DNA of 61,384 bases, the filler included, from Nanobdellota archaeon (lineage in GTDB: Archaea > Nanobdellota > Nanobdellia > Woesearchaeales > CAZZGN01), in assembly GCA_051819665.1 (NCBI GenBank). It is 4 parts of 4 records of this genome, joined end to end, with 100 filler letters (N's around TTAATTAATTAA, not from the genome) between each part and the next. Parts side by side here need not be neighbours in the genome. Positions count along the whole stretch, not along the records: positions 16,032 to 31,838 come from JBNJDG010000024.1; positions 31,939 to 46,969 come from JBNJDG010000025.1; 2 more parts are not named here. One strand, written 5' to 3'. The notes beneath the pieces were generated by a model. The model was not told the DNA's origin. It ran no database searches and was given only the letters and a program-made list of their open reading frames with translations. Made by a program: the position numbers and the translations under genes. Each line of letters opens with the position of its first letter. Within the stretch, counting starts at the first letter, position 1. Below, in pieces: positions 28,067 through 36,208 of the stretch.

Positions 28067-29428
28067 TCAGGCCTTAACCGAATTCATCTTCCTTATCTCC
28101 CTTCCTATAGTAAATGCTATCCATGAGCCTGCGAGTATGAAAGCAGTCCCTTCCGCTATAGGGAAAGCGAACCAGGAGAAATCCAGCCCGTATCTGCTGG
28201 CAAGGATGTACATTATAGGCAGGAGAAGTACAAGCTGCCTGAAGACAGAGATGAAGAAACTGGGTATTCCTTTCCCTATGGCCTGGAAAGCAGTGGAGAT
28301 TATCATCGAGAGCGTCATGAACGGGAAAGCGACACTGATCCTCTTCAATGCTACAGCCCCCATCTCTATAACCTCTGGGTCATTGCTGAACATCCTTATC
28401 AGGATATCAGGGAAGAACCAGAAAGCTATGAAACCTATCATCGAGAAAGCCAGGGAGATCCCTATGCCCGACCATAAGGTCTTCTTGACCCTCTCAGGAT
28501 TATTAGCACCGAAATTATAGCCAAGCATCGGCTGGAAGGCCTGGCTTATACCCATCACAGGCATTATGATGAAGCTCTGTAACCTCGCATAGATACCCAG
28601 GACAGCAATACCTACAAGGCTATAAGAAGCAACGATCCTGTTCGCTCCGAGAAGCATCAGGCTCCCCATCACCATCATCGCCATCGCCGGCACGCCTACA
28701 TTGCTGAGATCCTTAAGGATATCCTTCGCCGGCCTGAATAACCTCAGCTTGATATAATATCCTCTCTTCAGGAGCTTGGTTGTAACGAAGATAGCACTCA
28801 ACGACCTCGCAAAGACAGTCGCGTAAGCTGCTCCTGCTATACCCAGTTCAGGCACGAAGAAATAGCCGAAGATCAGGATCGGGTCTATGACTATGTTGAC
28901 TATCGTGCCTATCAGCATCGTATACATAGGTGTTATCGTATCCCCGTGGCCTCTCAGGAAATTATTGAATACCATAGGCAGGAAAATTCCTAAAGAACCC
29001 ATCATCGCTATACCGAGATATTTCCCGGCCATCGTTATCAATGTAGGATTATCCGTAAAGAGCGTGATTATGTTCTCTGAGAAGAAGATGCCTGCTAAAG
29101 TTACCAGGACTATATAGACGAGCATTATCAATGTAACAGTCTCTGTAGTCTCCTTTACTCTTCTCTCTTTATTCATACCCAGGAGCCTTGATATCAGGGA
29201 TGAAGAGGCAACGCCTAAGCCACCAGCTATGGCTATCATGAACAACTGTACGGGGAATGCGAGAGAAAGGGCAGAAAGAGCTTCCGTGCTGTAATGGCCA
29301 AGGTAGATACTGTCGATTATGTTATAGAGGGAACCCATCAGCATCCCGACCAGGCTGGGCGCAGCAAGCTTGAACATCAGAGGGAGTATCTTCTCCTTGC
29401 CCATCCTTTCTGATCTATTTCCTGCCAT
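28067..29428 (-). CDS. MATE-family efflux transporter
   Basis: YNIIDSIYLG, LRGHGDT..PM, NIVIDPILIFG...GIAGAA.AT, GYNFGA. Confidence 0.95.
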   Translation of the reverse strand: MAGNRSERMGKEKILPLMFKLAAPSLVGMLMGSLYNIIDSIYLGHYSTEALSALSLAFPVQLFMIAIAGGLGVASSSLISRLLGMNKERRVKETTETVTLIMLVYIVLVTLAGIFFSENIITLFTDNPTLITMAGKYLGIAMMGSLGIFLPMVFNNFLRGHGDTITPMYTMLIGTIVNIVIDPILIFGYFFVPELGIAGAAYATVFARSLSAIFVTTKLLKRGYYIKLRLFRPAKDILKDLSNVGVPAMAMMVMGSLMLLGANRIVASYSLVGIAVLGIYARLQSFIIMPVMGISQAFQPMLGYNFGANNPERVKKTLWSGIGISLAFSMIGFIAFWFFPDILIRMFSNDPEVIEMGAVALKRISVAFPFMTLSMIISTAFQAIGKGIPSFFISVFRQLVLLLPIMYILASRYGLDFSWFAFPIAEGTAFILAGSWIAFTIGREIRKMNSVKA

Positions 29429-29475
29429 AGAACTTCAGCCCGGAGAATACGTAAGACTTTCCAAGAAAAATGTCC

Positions 29476-29664
29476 TTATTCAGCTTTCTTAAAAAGGCCA
29501 CAGCGGCATTCGCCTGTATCCATGAAATCCTTACAGGGGCATATGTAATCCTCTGTAGCTGTTTTCCTGGAAAGGGCGACACAAGGACATATTTTTCCTT
29601 TTATCTTCCTGAACTGTTCCAGATCGAATTCGTATTTCATGGAAGGGCGGAGCTTCAGAAGCAT
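29476..29664 (-). CDS. Minimal ferredoxin-thioredoxin reductase catalytic-subunit-like protein
   Basis: CPC...ICPC...G.CRCGLF matches the CPC/CPC/CHC-LF pattern of FTR catalytic chains. Confidence 0.75.
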   Translation of the reverse strand: MLLKLRPSMKYEFDLEQFRKIKGKICPCVALSRKTATEDYICPCKDFMDTGECRCGLFKKAE

Positions 29665-29666
29665 AT

Positions 29667-30350
29667 TTAAGTTTTTTTGTTTATATGCTCCTTCTTTACC
29701 TCACTGCCTTCATGGAAAGCCTTCCTCATAGCATCTTCACAGTGTTTTAGAAATCTTCTCGGGTTCCTGTCCTTCCTGAAGATCTGCTTTATCATATTAT
29801 CCGAGATTATGTCAAGATCACCTATCCTTGACCTTACTAGCTCGACCGCTTTCTCTTCAGACATATCATCAAGAGAATATTCATGCTCGACCAGTTTTTT
29901 CACTCCCTTAACCGGTTTCTTTCCCACGAATATTACGCTCTTGAAATGTTCCATATGATTAAGGAGGTTATTGATATCCCTGTTCTTTATATACTCCGCC
30001 TCGTCCATAAGAAGGACAAGGTTCTTCTTCTTTATCCTGAACAGTCTCTGGAGGAAATTTCCTGCACCTATTATCAATCTTTTAAAGTCTATAGCTTCCT
30101 CGCTCTTGTTACAGCTATAGTATATTACTCTTCTCTTCCCGCCGAAATCGCTTATTATCCTCTTCAATACAGTTGTCTTGCCTGTACCGAAAGGACCGAA
30201 AATACCAATGACAGAGGAATCAGATATCTTCTGCCTTATATCGTCATAAAGCTTCTCATGACCAAGGATGTCGTCATGGAAAGCAGCGGGTTTTGTGCTC
30301 AAAGGATTATTATAAAACCCCAATTGTTCATACCAGGTCTCCATATTCAT
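29667..30350 (-). CDS. AAA+ ATPase (ExeA/MshM-like N-terminus)
   Basis: WYEQLGFYNNPL, Walker A GPFGTGKT, Walker B LLMDEAE. Confidence 0.8.
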   Translation of the reverse strand: MNMETWYEQLGFYNNPLSTKPAAFHDDILGHEKLYDDIRQKISDSSVIGIFGPFGTGKTTVLKRIISDFGGKRRVIYYSCNKSEEAIDFKRLIIGAGNFLQRLFRIKKKNLVLLMDEAEYIKNRDINNLLNHMEHFKSVIFVGKKPVKGVKKLVEHEYSLDDMSEEKAVELVRSRIGDLDIISDNMIKQIFRKDRNPRRFLKHCEDAMRKAFHEGSEVKKEHINKKT

Positions 30351-31141
30351 CTTACCTCTTCACCGCATTCAGGACATACAGTATCTTCTTCTGTCAGTTG
30401 GGTTCCGCAGTCCTGACAATAAACATCGCAATAAGGACATCTGTAGACTTCTGAGAATATTACGAGCTTGGCTCCGCAATCACCGCAGTAATCAGACTCG
30501 TCCTCGCCTTCTTTATCTGCGAGAGGAACATCATCAACGCTCATCTGTTCCCTTCCTTCTTCAAGCGATCTTTCAGAAGCTTTCGCGAGGGAAAGGATAA
30601 CGTCCTTGACATTCCCGTTCAGCTCATAGGCCTTATTGATGACCTCATCAGGGGCCTCAATACCCCTAGAGCTTATTATGTCCCTGACCATCTCGTGATT
30701 ATAACCCTCAAGCTTAATCACATTATCGTTTATACGCTCGAGTATAGAGTCAGTAAGGGTAAGTTCTTTCCTGTTGTCAGTCGTGAAAACCACAGACCTT
30801 ATCCTCTCCTGATCGAAGGCGTATTTTATCTTCTCGTTGTTCCTCTTCGAGATGTTCTTCACATTATCGAGGAGGAGTATCATGCCCTTCGGTCGGTTGT
30901 AGATAAGATCATTTATGTCCAGACGCTTGCTGAGTTTTTTCCCGTCCACATAGATGACCTTACCCTTGCCCCTGAAATTGTCAATCACATGAGCGAGGAG
31001 ATGGGTCTTGCCCGAGCCTCTCGGGCCTTCGACGAGAGCCATATCACCGGATCTTACCCTGTATATGAGCTCCTGTGCTTCATCTTCTCTATCTATGAGA
31101 TCGAATTTTGTCTTCAATGGATCTGTTTCGAACGGGTTCAT
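30347..31141 (-). CDS. AAA+ ATPase paralog with C-terminal double zinc ribbon
   Basis: MNPF, Walker A GPRGSGKT, Walker B LLLDNV, four CxxC pairs at the C-terminus. Confidence 0.8.
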   Translation of the reverse strand: MNPFETDPLKTKFDLIDREDEAQELIYRVRSGDMALVEGPRGSGKTHLLAHVIDNFRGKGKVIYVDGKKLSKRLDINDLIYNRPKGMILLLDNVKNISKRNNEKIKYAFDQERIRSVVFTTDNRKELTLTDSILERINDNVIKLEGYNHEMVRDIISSRGIEAPDEVINKAYELNGNVKDVILSLAKASERSLEEGREQMSVDDVPLADKEGEDESDYCGDCGAKLVIFSEVYRCPYCDVYCQDCGTQLTEEDTVCPECGEEVR

Positions 31142-31838
31142 CTTCTCAGCCTTCTCGCTTTATGGTATAACCTGACAGCCTTCTCCTTATTGCCTGCCTT
31201 GTATATCCTCTCTGCTCTCTTGTGTATGTTTCTTGCTCTCTTTATCCTGTTCTGCCAGGGCATGCCGCCCATCTGCCTGTCCGTTATGAGCAATGCAAAG
31301 AGCAGAGCCACTATTATAGTAACTATAAGACTTCCCTGACCGAGATCATCTATCGCCAGACCTGTCAGAGGAGATGCCTGCCTTCCTGTATCCTGCTCAG
31401 GAGGTTTAGTGTCTTCTGTCTCTTCGGTCGTTGTCCTGAAGGCAGTTGCGAACAATGAGAACTCAGGAACTTCTGCCTCGAACATGTACTTCTCTTCCTG
31501 TTCCTCAAGGATGAATGTGTCGAGATCTTCCCATTCATTATCTTCAGGATCATACCTCTGTAGGTATACCTGGGAGGGTTCTGCATCCTCTTCATCTAAT
31601 CTGTCTTTAGCGACCGAGAATGTAATGTTCGAGTCTTCTATCTCGCCTTCTATATCGATCTCCCTGAAATCGATCTGATTATCGGAAGTTTCTATATCTA
31701 TATCCTCTCTGTCTACAGAAGTTATGTTTCCTGTAATGGTCTGCGAGCCTGTTGAGAGGAAAGATATCCTCATGTCTGTTCCAGAAACATCTATATTGAC
31801 TTTCTGGCCCTGTTCCGCATCGATATCCACAGGAGATT
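31138..31838 (-). CDS. PGF-pre-PGF-domain surface protein (5' partial)
   Basis: ITF.V...L.RY....W..L.T...Y.FEAEVPEFSLFA domain, LTG.AI, TM helix and basic tail; open to the linker. Confidence 0.75.
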
Positions 31839-31938
31839 NNNNNNNNNNNNNNNNNNNNNNNNNNNNNNNNNNNNNNNNNNNNTTAATTAATTAANNNNNN
31901 NNNNNNNNNNNNNNNNNNNNNNNNNNNNNNNNNNNNNN
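31839..31938. other. Artificial contig-joining linker
   Basis: N-run with TTAATTAATTAA. Confidence 0.97.
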
Positions 31939-32313
31939 GTACTGGCTTATGAGGAGGACAGCTTTGTGCCGGTAGAGGTAAAAGAGACCCTTGTCCATAC
32001 TGAAGAGAACTCAGACATGGAAGAAGGTTATTACACCATGACAACAGAGAATGACCATGATGTCAAGGTGACAGGCAATCATTACATGTTGACGAAAGTG
32101 AACGGCAGGGAAGAATACAGACGTGTTGATTCGCTTGAGGAAGGTGACAGGATAATGTCCTCTGACTTCGGAGCAAGTGGCTGGGCAGAGATAAAGGATC
32201 TGGAATACCTCGAAGCTGATCTTGAAGTAGTCTACAACCTCGAGCTCGAAGAACCACATAATTACCTTGCTGAAGGCATGGTCGCTCATAATTCGAAAGA
32301 TCAGCCCTATTAG
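31939..32313 (+). CDS. C-terminal Hint (intein-like) domain of a larger protein (5' partial)
   Basis: VLAYE..., block B VTGNH, L.EGD.I, block F/G VYNLELEEPHNYLAEGMVAHN-S. Confidence 0.88.
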   Translation, partial: VLAYEEDSFVPVEVKETLVHTEENSDMEEGYYTMTTENDHDVKVTGNHYMLTKVNGREEYRRVDSLEEGDRIMSSDFGASGWAEIKDLEYLEADLEVVYNLELEEPHNYLAEGMVAHNSKDQPY

Positions 32314-32490
32314 GTGAGAAGTGTTGTGAGGGAATAGATCCATTTTGTGTGAATGACAATGTGGAGTGCTATGTGAGATGAGAGTATGGATTGCAATGAG
32401 AGACCTTAAATTCTATGGAATAGTTTATTTGTTTTTTCTTTCAATTTTACAGAAAACTATAAATACCAGCAATTCAATTGACTTATAAAG

Positions 32491-33918
32491 GTGGGTTTAA
32501 TGAAGAGATTAATTTATTTGGTAATGTTCGCAATATTGGCAGGGATGGTCCTGGCCCAGCCCTTTGATGCCGAGGTCATAGAGACAGACAACAGCATAAG
32601 GAAGAATGAGACCAGCGTCAGTGTAATAAGGATAACCAACACTGCTGATTATGAGAAGGATTTCAAGGTGGATTTCCCGAACAGTGACTGGATAGCCAGA
32701 ACCTCGCCTTTAGGCGATTACAGCTTCTCCCTTGATGCCGGCGAGGAAAAGGATCTCATGATGAAGATGTCTCCGCGGAGTCATCTGACACCTGGCCCTT
32801 ATGCTGTGCCTGTCGTGATAAAGGATAATACGGATGATGGGAAGCTGAGGACCAACATACCCATCCAGCTCGCCGAGCGTATAGTCGGGGAGTACCTTCC
32901 TGTCATCAGGTTCGACGTAGGGATGGATTATGAGATAGACCCGAGGGAGGATGTCAATATAGAGCTTGATATAGAGAACCTCAATAAGAGAGATCTCGGC
33001 AGGGTTAATGTTACCCTTGAAAGCGAGATCTTCAATGCACAGAGACAGGTCGAGCTTGATCCAGAGGAGGAGAAGACAGAGAGCTTCTCCTTTGATCTGG
33101 AAGACACCCTTCATCCGATGGAAGACTCCATTGATATAAGTATAAAGAAGACCATAGGCAACGAAAGTTATGATTGGTCCAAGAGCATTAAATATAAGGT
33201 GATAGAATACACAGGCATCCATAAGGATCCGAGAGTGGACTCAGGATTTTTGAAGGACACGAATCATATAAAGGTCACCAATTATGGTAATGTCGAGAAG
33301 GTATATGAAGTTAAACATGAGGTAGGTTCTATAGAGAGGTTCTTCATATCTGAGGAACCGGACGCTTCGATGCTCAAGGCTCCTGACGGTAGGTATCTTG
33401 TATGGGATGTGAACCTTGAGCCTCAGGAGGAGAAGACCCTGAAGGTAACGACAAATTTCAGGGTCCTTGCAGCTCTGTTGTTCATAATCCTGCTCTCAGT
33501 GGTCCTTTACTTTGTATTCAGGTCTTCCATACTTGTTAAGAAAGAAGTGGCTAATGTGGCCAAGAGCGAGGGAGGAATCTCCGAGATAAAGATAATCCTG
33601 TATGTGAAGAACAGGACAGGCAAGACTATCGACAACGTTGAGATAGTCGAGATGGTGCCCCATATAGCGAATGTCGGCAAGGAGTTCCAGGTCGGCACGA
33701 TAAGGCCTGACAAGGTAATGCAGAACTCCAGGAAAGGGACCCTGGTGAAGTGGAACCTTAATTCGCTTGAGGCTTATGAGGAGAGGATCATAACATACAA
33801 GCTGAACTCGAAGCTCAGCATATTGGGAGGACTTACTCTTCCCTCGACGGTTATAAGGTATTTCAAGAACAACAGGAAGTTCAAGACCCACTCCAACAGG
33901 CTCAACCTTGAGGTCTGA
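32491..33918 (+). CDS. Secreted/membrane-anchored protein with Ig-like beta-sandwich domains
   Basis: Signal peptide, repeated beta-rich domains, internal TM helix, cytoplasmic C-terminal domain. Confidence 0.75.
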   Translation: MGLMKRLIYLVMFAILAGMVLAQPFDAEVIETDNSIRKNETSVSVIRITNTADYEKDFKVDFPNSDWIARTSPLGDYSFSLDAGEEKDLMMKMSPRSHLTPGPYAVPVVIKDNTDDGKLRTNIPIQLAERIVGEYLPVIRFDVGMDYEIDPREDVNIELDIENLNKRDLGRVNVTLESEIFNAQRQVELDPEEEKTESFSFDLEDTLHPMEDSIDISIKKTIGNESYDWSKSIKYKVIEYTGIHKDPRVDSGFLKDTNHIKVTNYGNVEKVYEVKHEVGSIERFFISEEPDASMLKAPDGRYLVWDVNLEPQEEKTLKVTTNFRVLAALLFIILLSVVLYFVFRSSILVKKEVANVAKSEGGISEIKIILYVKNRTGKTIDNVEIVEMVPHIANVGKEFQVGTIRPDKVMQNSRKGTLVKWNLNSLEAYEERIITYKLNSKLSILGGLTLPSTVIRYFKNNRKFKTHSNRLNLEV

Positions 33919-34022
33919 GCCTTATCTTAATATTCCTTTCACTTTCTTAATGATTTTTTTAAACAATCCTTTAACTCTATGTTTTTTATAATTGATAATC
34001 GTGCCCATCAATTTCAGTAACT

Positions 34023-34030
34023 TTTATAAA
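34023..34030 (+). promoter_or_regulatory. TATA box of tRNA-Tyr
   Basis: TTTATAAA about 27 nt upstream of the tRNA 5' end. Confidence 0.7.
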
Positions 34031-34056
34031 TAACATGTTTTTCCTCTATCGATATT

Positions 34057-34180
34057 CCCTTCCTAGCTCAACGGCAGAGCGTTCGGCTGTAGTAGGATGC
34101 TGGACAAAGCTATTCGGCTTTTGGATGAAATGCATTCAGCCGTAACCGAGAGGTTCCCGGTTCAAATCCGGGGGAAGGGA
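34057..34180 (+). tRNA. tRNA-Tyr(GTA) with a 52-nt intron at 37/38 (34093-34144)
   Basis: Acceptor CCCTTCC/GGAAGGG plus A73 (archaeal Tyr C1-G72), stem TTCGG/CCGAG, anticodon GTA at 34089-34091, T-loop TTCAAAT. Confidence 0.92.
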
Positions 34181-34193
34181 TTTTTCCGAAACC

Positions 34194-34201
34194 TTTATAA
34201 A
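34194..34201 (+). promoter_or_regulatory. BRE/TATA upstream of tRNA-Asp and tRNA-Lys
   Basis: CGAAACC-TTTATAAA. Confidence 0.6.
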
Positions 34202-34253
34202 ACAAATGGGAATCCCAACCCCAGATACTCAAATATGGTTAGACTAAGCTGTT

Positions 34254-34361
34254 GCCCTGGTAGTGTAGCTCGGCCCGTTAAAAAGTGTAATACTTTTAAT
34301 GCGAGAACTATCATGCAGCCCTGTCGAGGCTGCGACTCGGGTTCGAATCCCGGCCAGGGCG
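34254..34361 (+). tRNA. tRNA-Asp(GTC) with a 33-nt D-loop intron (34275-34307)
   Basis: GCCCTGG/CCAGGGC plus G73, anticodon arm CAGCC-CTGTCGA-GGCTG; removing the BHB intron restores GTAGCTCGGCCTATCAT. Confidence 0.92.
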
Positions 34362-34370
34362 CTTTTTTAT

Positions 34371-34469
34371 GGGTCGGTAGCTTAGCCTGGATAAATGGTA
34401 AATTTAGGGCAAAAGAGCACCTGACTTTTAATCAGGTGGTCGCGAGTTCAAATCTCGTCCGGCCCACCA
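34371..34469 (+). tRNA. tRNA-Lys(TTT) with a 22-nt D-loop intron (34391-34412) and encoded CCA
   Basis: GGGTCGG/CCGGCCC plus ACCA, arm CCTGA-CTTTTAA-TCAGG; BHB GCCT/GGGC with GGA and AAA bulges. Confidence 0.92.
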
Positions 34470-34487
34470 TTTCACTGTGATGCGAAA

Positions 34488-34730
34488 ATGGTAAAGAAAT
34501 TCGATGTAAAAAAACACGTGCTCGTACCTGAGCACAAAAAACTCACCGATAAGCAGAAGAAAGAAGTTCTGAAATCCTACGGTGTCACCGTTAATCAACT
34601 TCCAAAGATACTTTCTTCAGATCCTGCTCTGGCGAATATTGATGTCAAGCAGGGGGATGTTGTGATGGTAAAGAGGCAGAGCCCTACGATCGGCGAGAGC
34701 GTATATTACAGGGGTGTTGTTGATGAGTAA
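34488..34730 (+). CDS. rpoH: RNA polymerase subunit H (Rpo5)
   Basis: HVLVPEH, QLPKI..SDP, R.SPT.GES.YYR. Confidence 0.97.
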   Translation: MVKKFDVKKHVLVPEHKKLTDKQKKEVLKSYGVTVNQLPKILSSDPALANIDVKQGDVVMVKRQSPTIGESVYYRGVVDE

Positions 34731-36201
34731 AAGAACGATCCTCGAATCCCATTTCAAGGACAGGTCCCTTATAGGTTCGGCGATAGAAAGCTATAACGAG
34801 CTTGTGGATAATGAGCTTCAGGAGATAATCGAAGAGAACGGTGATATTGAACCGACTATTATCCCGCATAATATTGATGAATTCAAGATCAGGTTCGATA
34901 AGATATGGGTGGAGAAACCCGAAGTGACAGAAGCTGACGGCAGCAAGAGAGCTATCTATCCTGTTGAGGCAAGGCTTAGGAAGCTGACTTATTCTGCTCC
35001 TATCTATATAGAAGTGAGTGCGCATATCAACGGCGTACAGAGAGAATCTTTCACGACCCAGATAGGTAACCTGCCGGTCATGCTCAAATCCAAGAAGTGC
35101 CATCTCTCCCAGATGTCAAGGGAAGAGCTGATCCAGCACGGAGAGGATCCTGATGAACCGGGAGGATATTTCATAATCAATGGCACGGAGAAGGTGCTTG
35201 TCAACATAGAGGACCTTGCAGCGAATACGCTCATGGTGGAGCAATCCAGGATGGGTCCCAGCAAGCACATAGGAAAGATGTTCTCAGAAAGGGGGTCTTA
35301 TAAGATACCCCATCAGATAGAGAGGCTGAAGGACGGAATCTATTATCTCTCTTTCACGAGGGTAAAGAGGATGCCCATGGTCATAGTATTGAAGGCTCTC
35401 GGCATAATGAAGGATGAGGAGATAATGAGGTTCGTCTCCGGCGGTGAGGAGAATTCAGAGCTTCTGATGAACCTCTATGATGCTGTCAATATAAAGACTC
35501 AGGAGGATGCTCTCGATCACATAGCCAAGAAAGTCGGTATTACACAATCCAAGGAAGTCAGGATAGACAGGATAAGGGAGATCCTGGATAAGTATCTCCT
35601 GCCTCATCTCGGCGTTACAGAGGAGGACAGGCCTTTCAAGGCATATAACCTCTGCAAGATGCTCAAGAGATACCAGAGAGTGGCTTCAGGAGAGGTTAAG
35701 CCTGATGATAAGGATCATTACATGAATAAGAGGTTGAAGATGCCCGGTGATCTTCTGGCTGACCTGTTGAGGGTCAACCTGAAGGTTCTTGTGGGTGATC
35801 TGCTCTATAATTTCCAGAGGATCGTCAAGAGAGGTAAGTTCCCGTCTATAAGGGTAGTCATCAGGGACAAGCTCCTGACCTCGAGGATATACAGCTCCAT
35901 GGCCACCGGTAATTGGTCCGGCGGAAGGAGAGGGATAAGCCAGAGGATACAGAGGCTCAATTTCCTCGAGACGATGTCGCATCTGCAGAGAGTTGTAAGT
36001 CCTCTTTCGGCTTCACAGGAGAATCTTGAGGCCAGGGAGCTTCACAGTACTCATCTGGGCAGGCTTTGTCCGCTTGAGACGCCTGAGGGAACAAACATAG
36101 GTCTGAGGAAGAATCTGGCATTACTTTCAACAGTTTCAGAGAAGGTGGATGAAGAGAGCCTTGTCAATTCACTGAAATCTTTAGGGCTCAAAACAGAGTG
36201 A
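34723..36201 (+). CDS. rpoB2: RNA polymerase subunit B'' (Rpo2N)
   Basis: P.EARLR.LTY, GGYFIINGTEKV, DKDHY.NKRL, CP.ETPEG.NIGL.KNL. Confidence 0.97.
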   Translation: MSKRTILESHFKDRSLIGSAIESYNELVDNELQEIIEENGDIEPTIIPHNIDEFKIRFDKIWVEKPEVTEADGSKRAIYPVEARLRKLTYSAPIYIEVSAHINGVQRESFTTQIGNLPVMLKSKKCHLSQMSREELIQHGEDPDEPGGYFIINGTEKVLVNIEDLAANTLMVEQSRMGPSKHIGKMFSERGSYKIPHQIERLKDGIYYLSFTRVKRMPMVIVLKALGIMKDEEIMRFVSGGEENSELLMNLYDAVNIKTQEDALDHIAKKVGITQSKEVRIDRIREILDKYLLPHLGVTEEDRPFKAYNLCKMLKRYQRVASGEVKPDDKDHYMNKRLKMPGDLLADLLRVNLKVLVGDLLYNFQRIVKRGKFPSIRVVIRDKLLTSRIYSSMATGNWSGGRRGISQRIQRLNFLETMSHLQRVVSPLSASQENLEARELHSTHLGRLCPLETPEGTNIGLRKNLALLSTVSEKVDEESLVNSLKSLGLKTE

Positions 36202-36208
36202 ATCTAAA

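Noticed and set aside
34097..34480. 127-aa ORF in the ORF track
   Set aside because: Overlaps three well-formed tRNA genes; spurious
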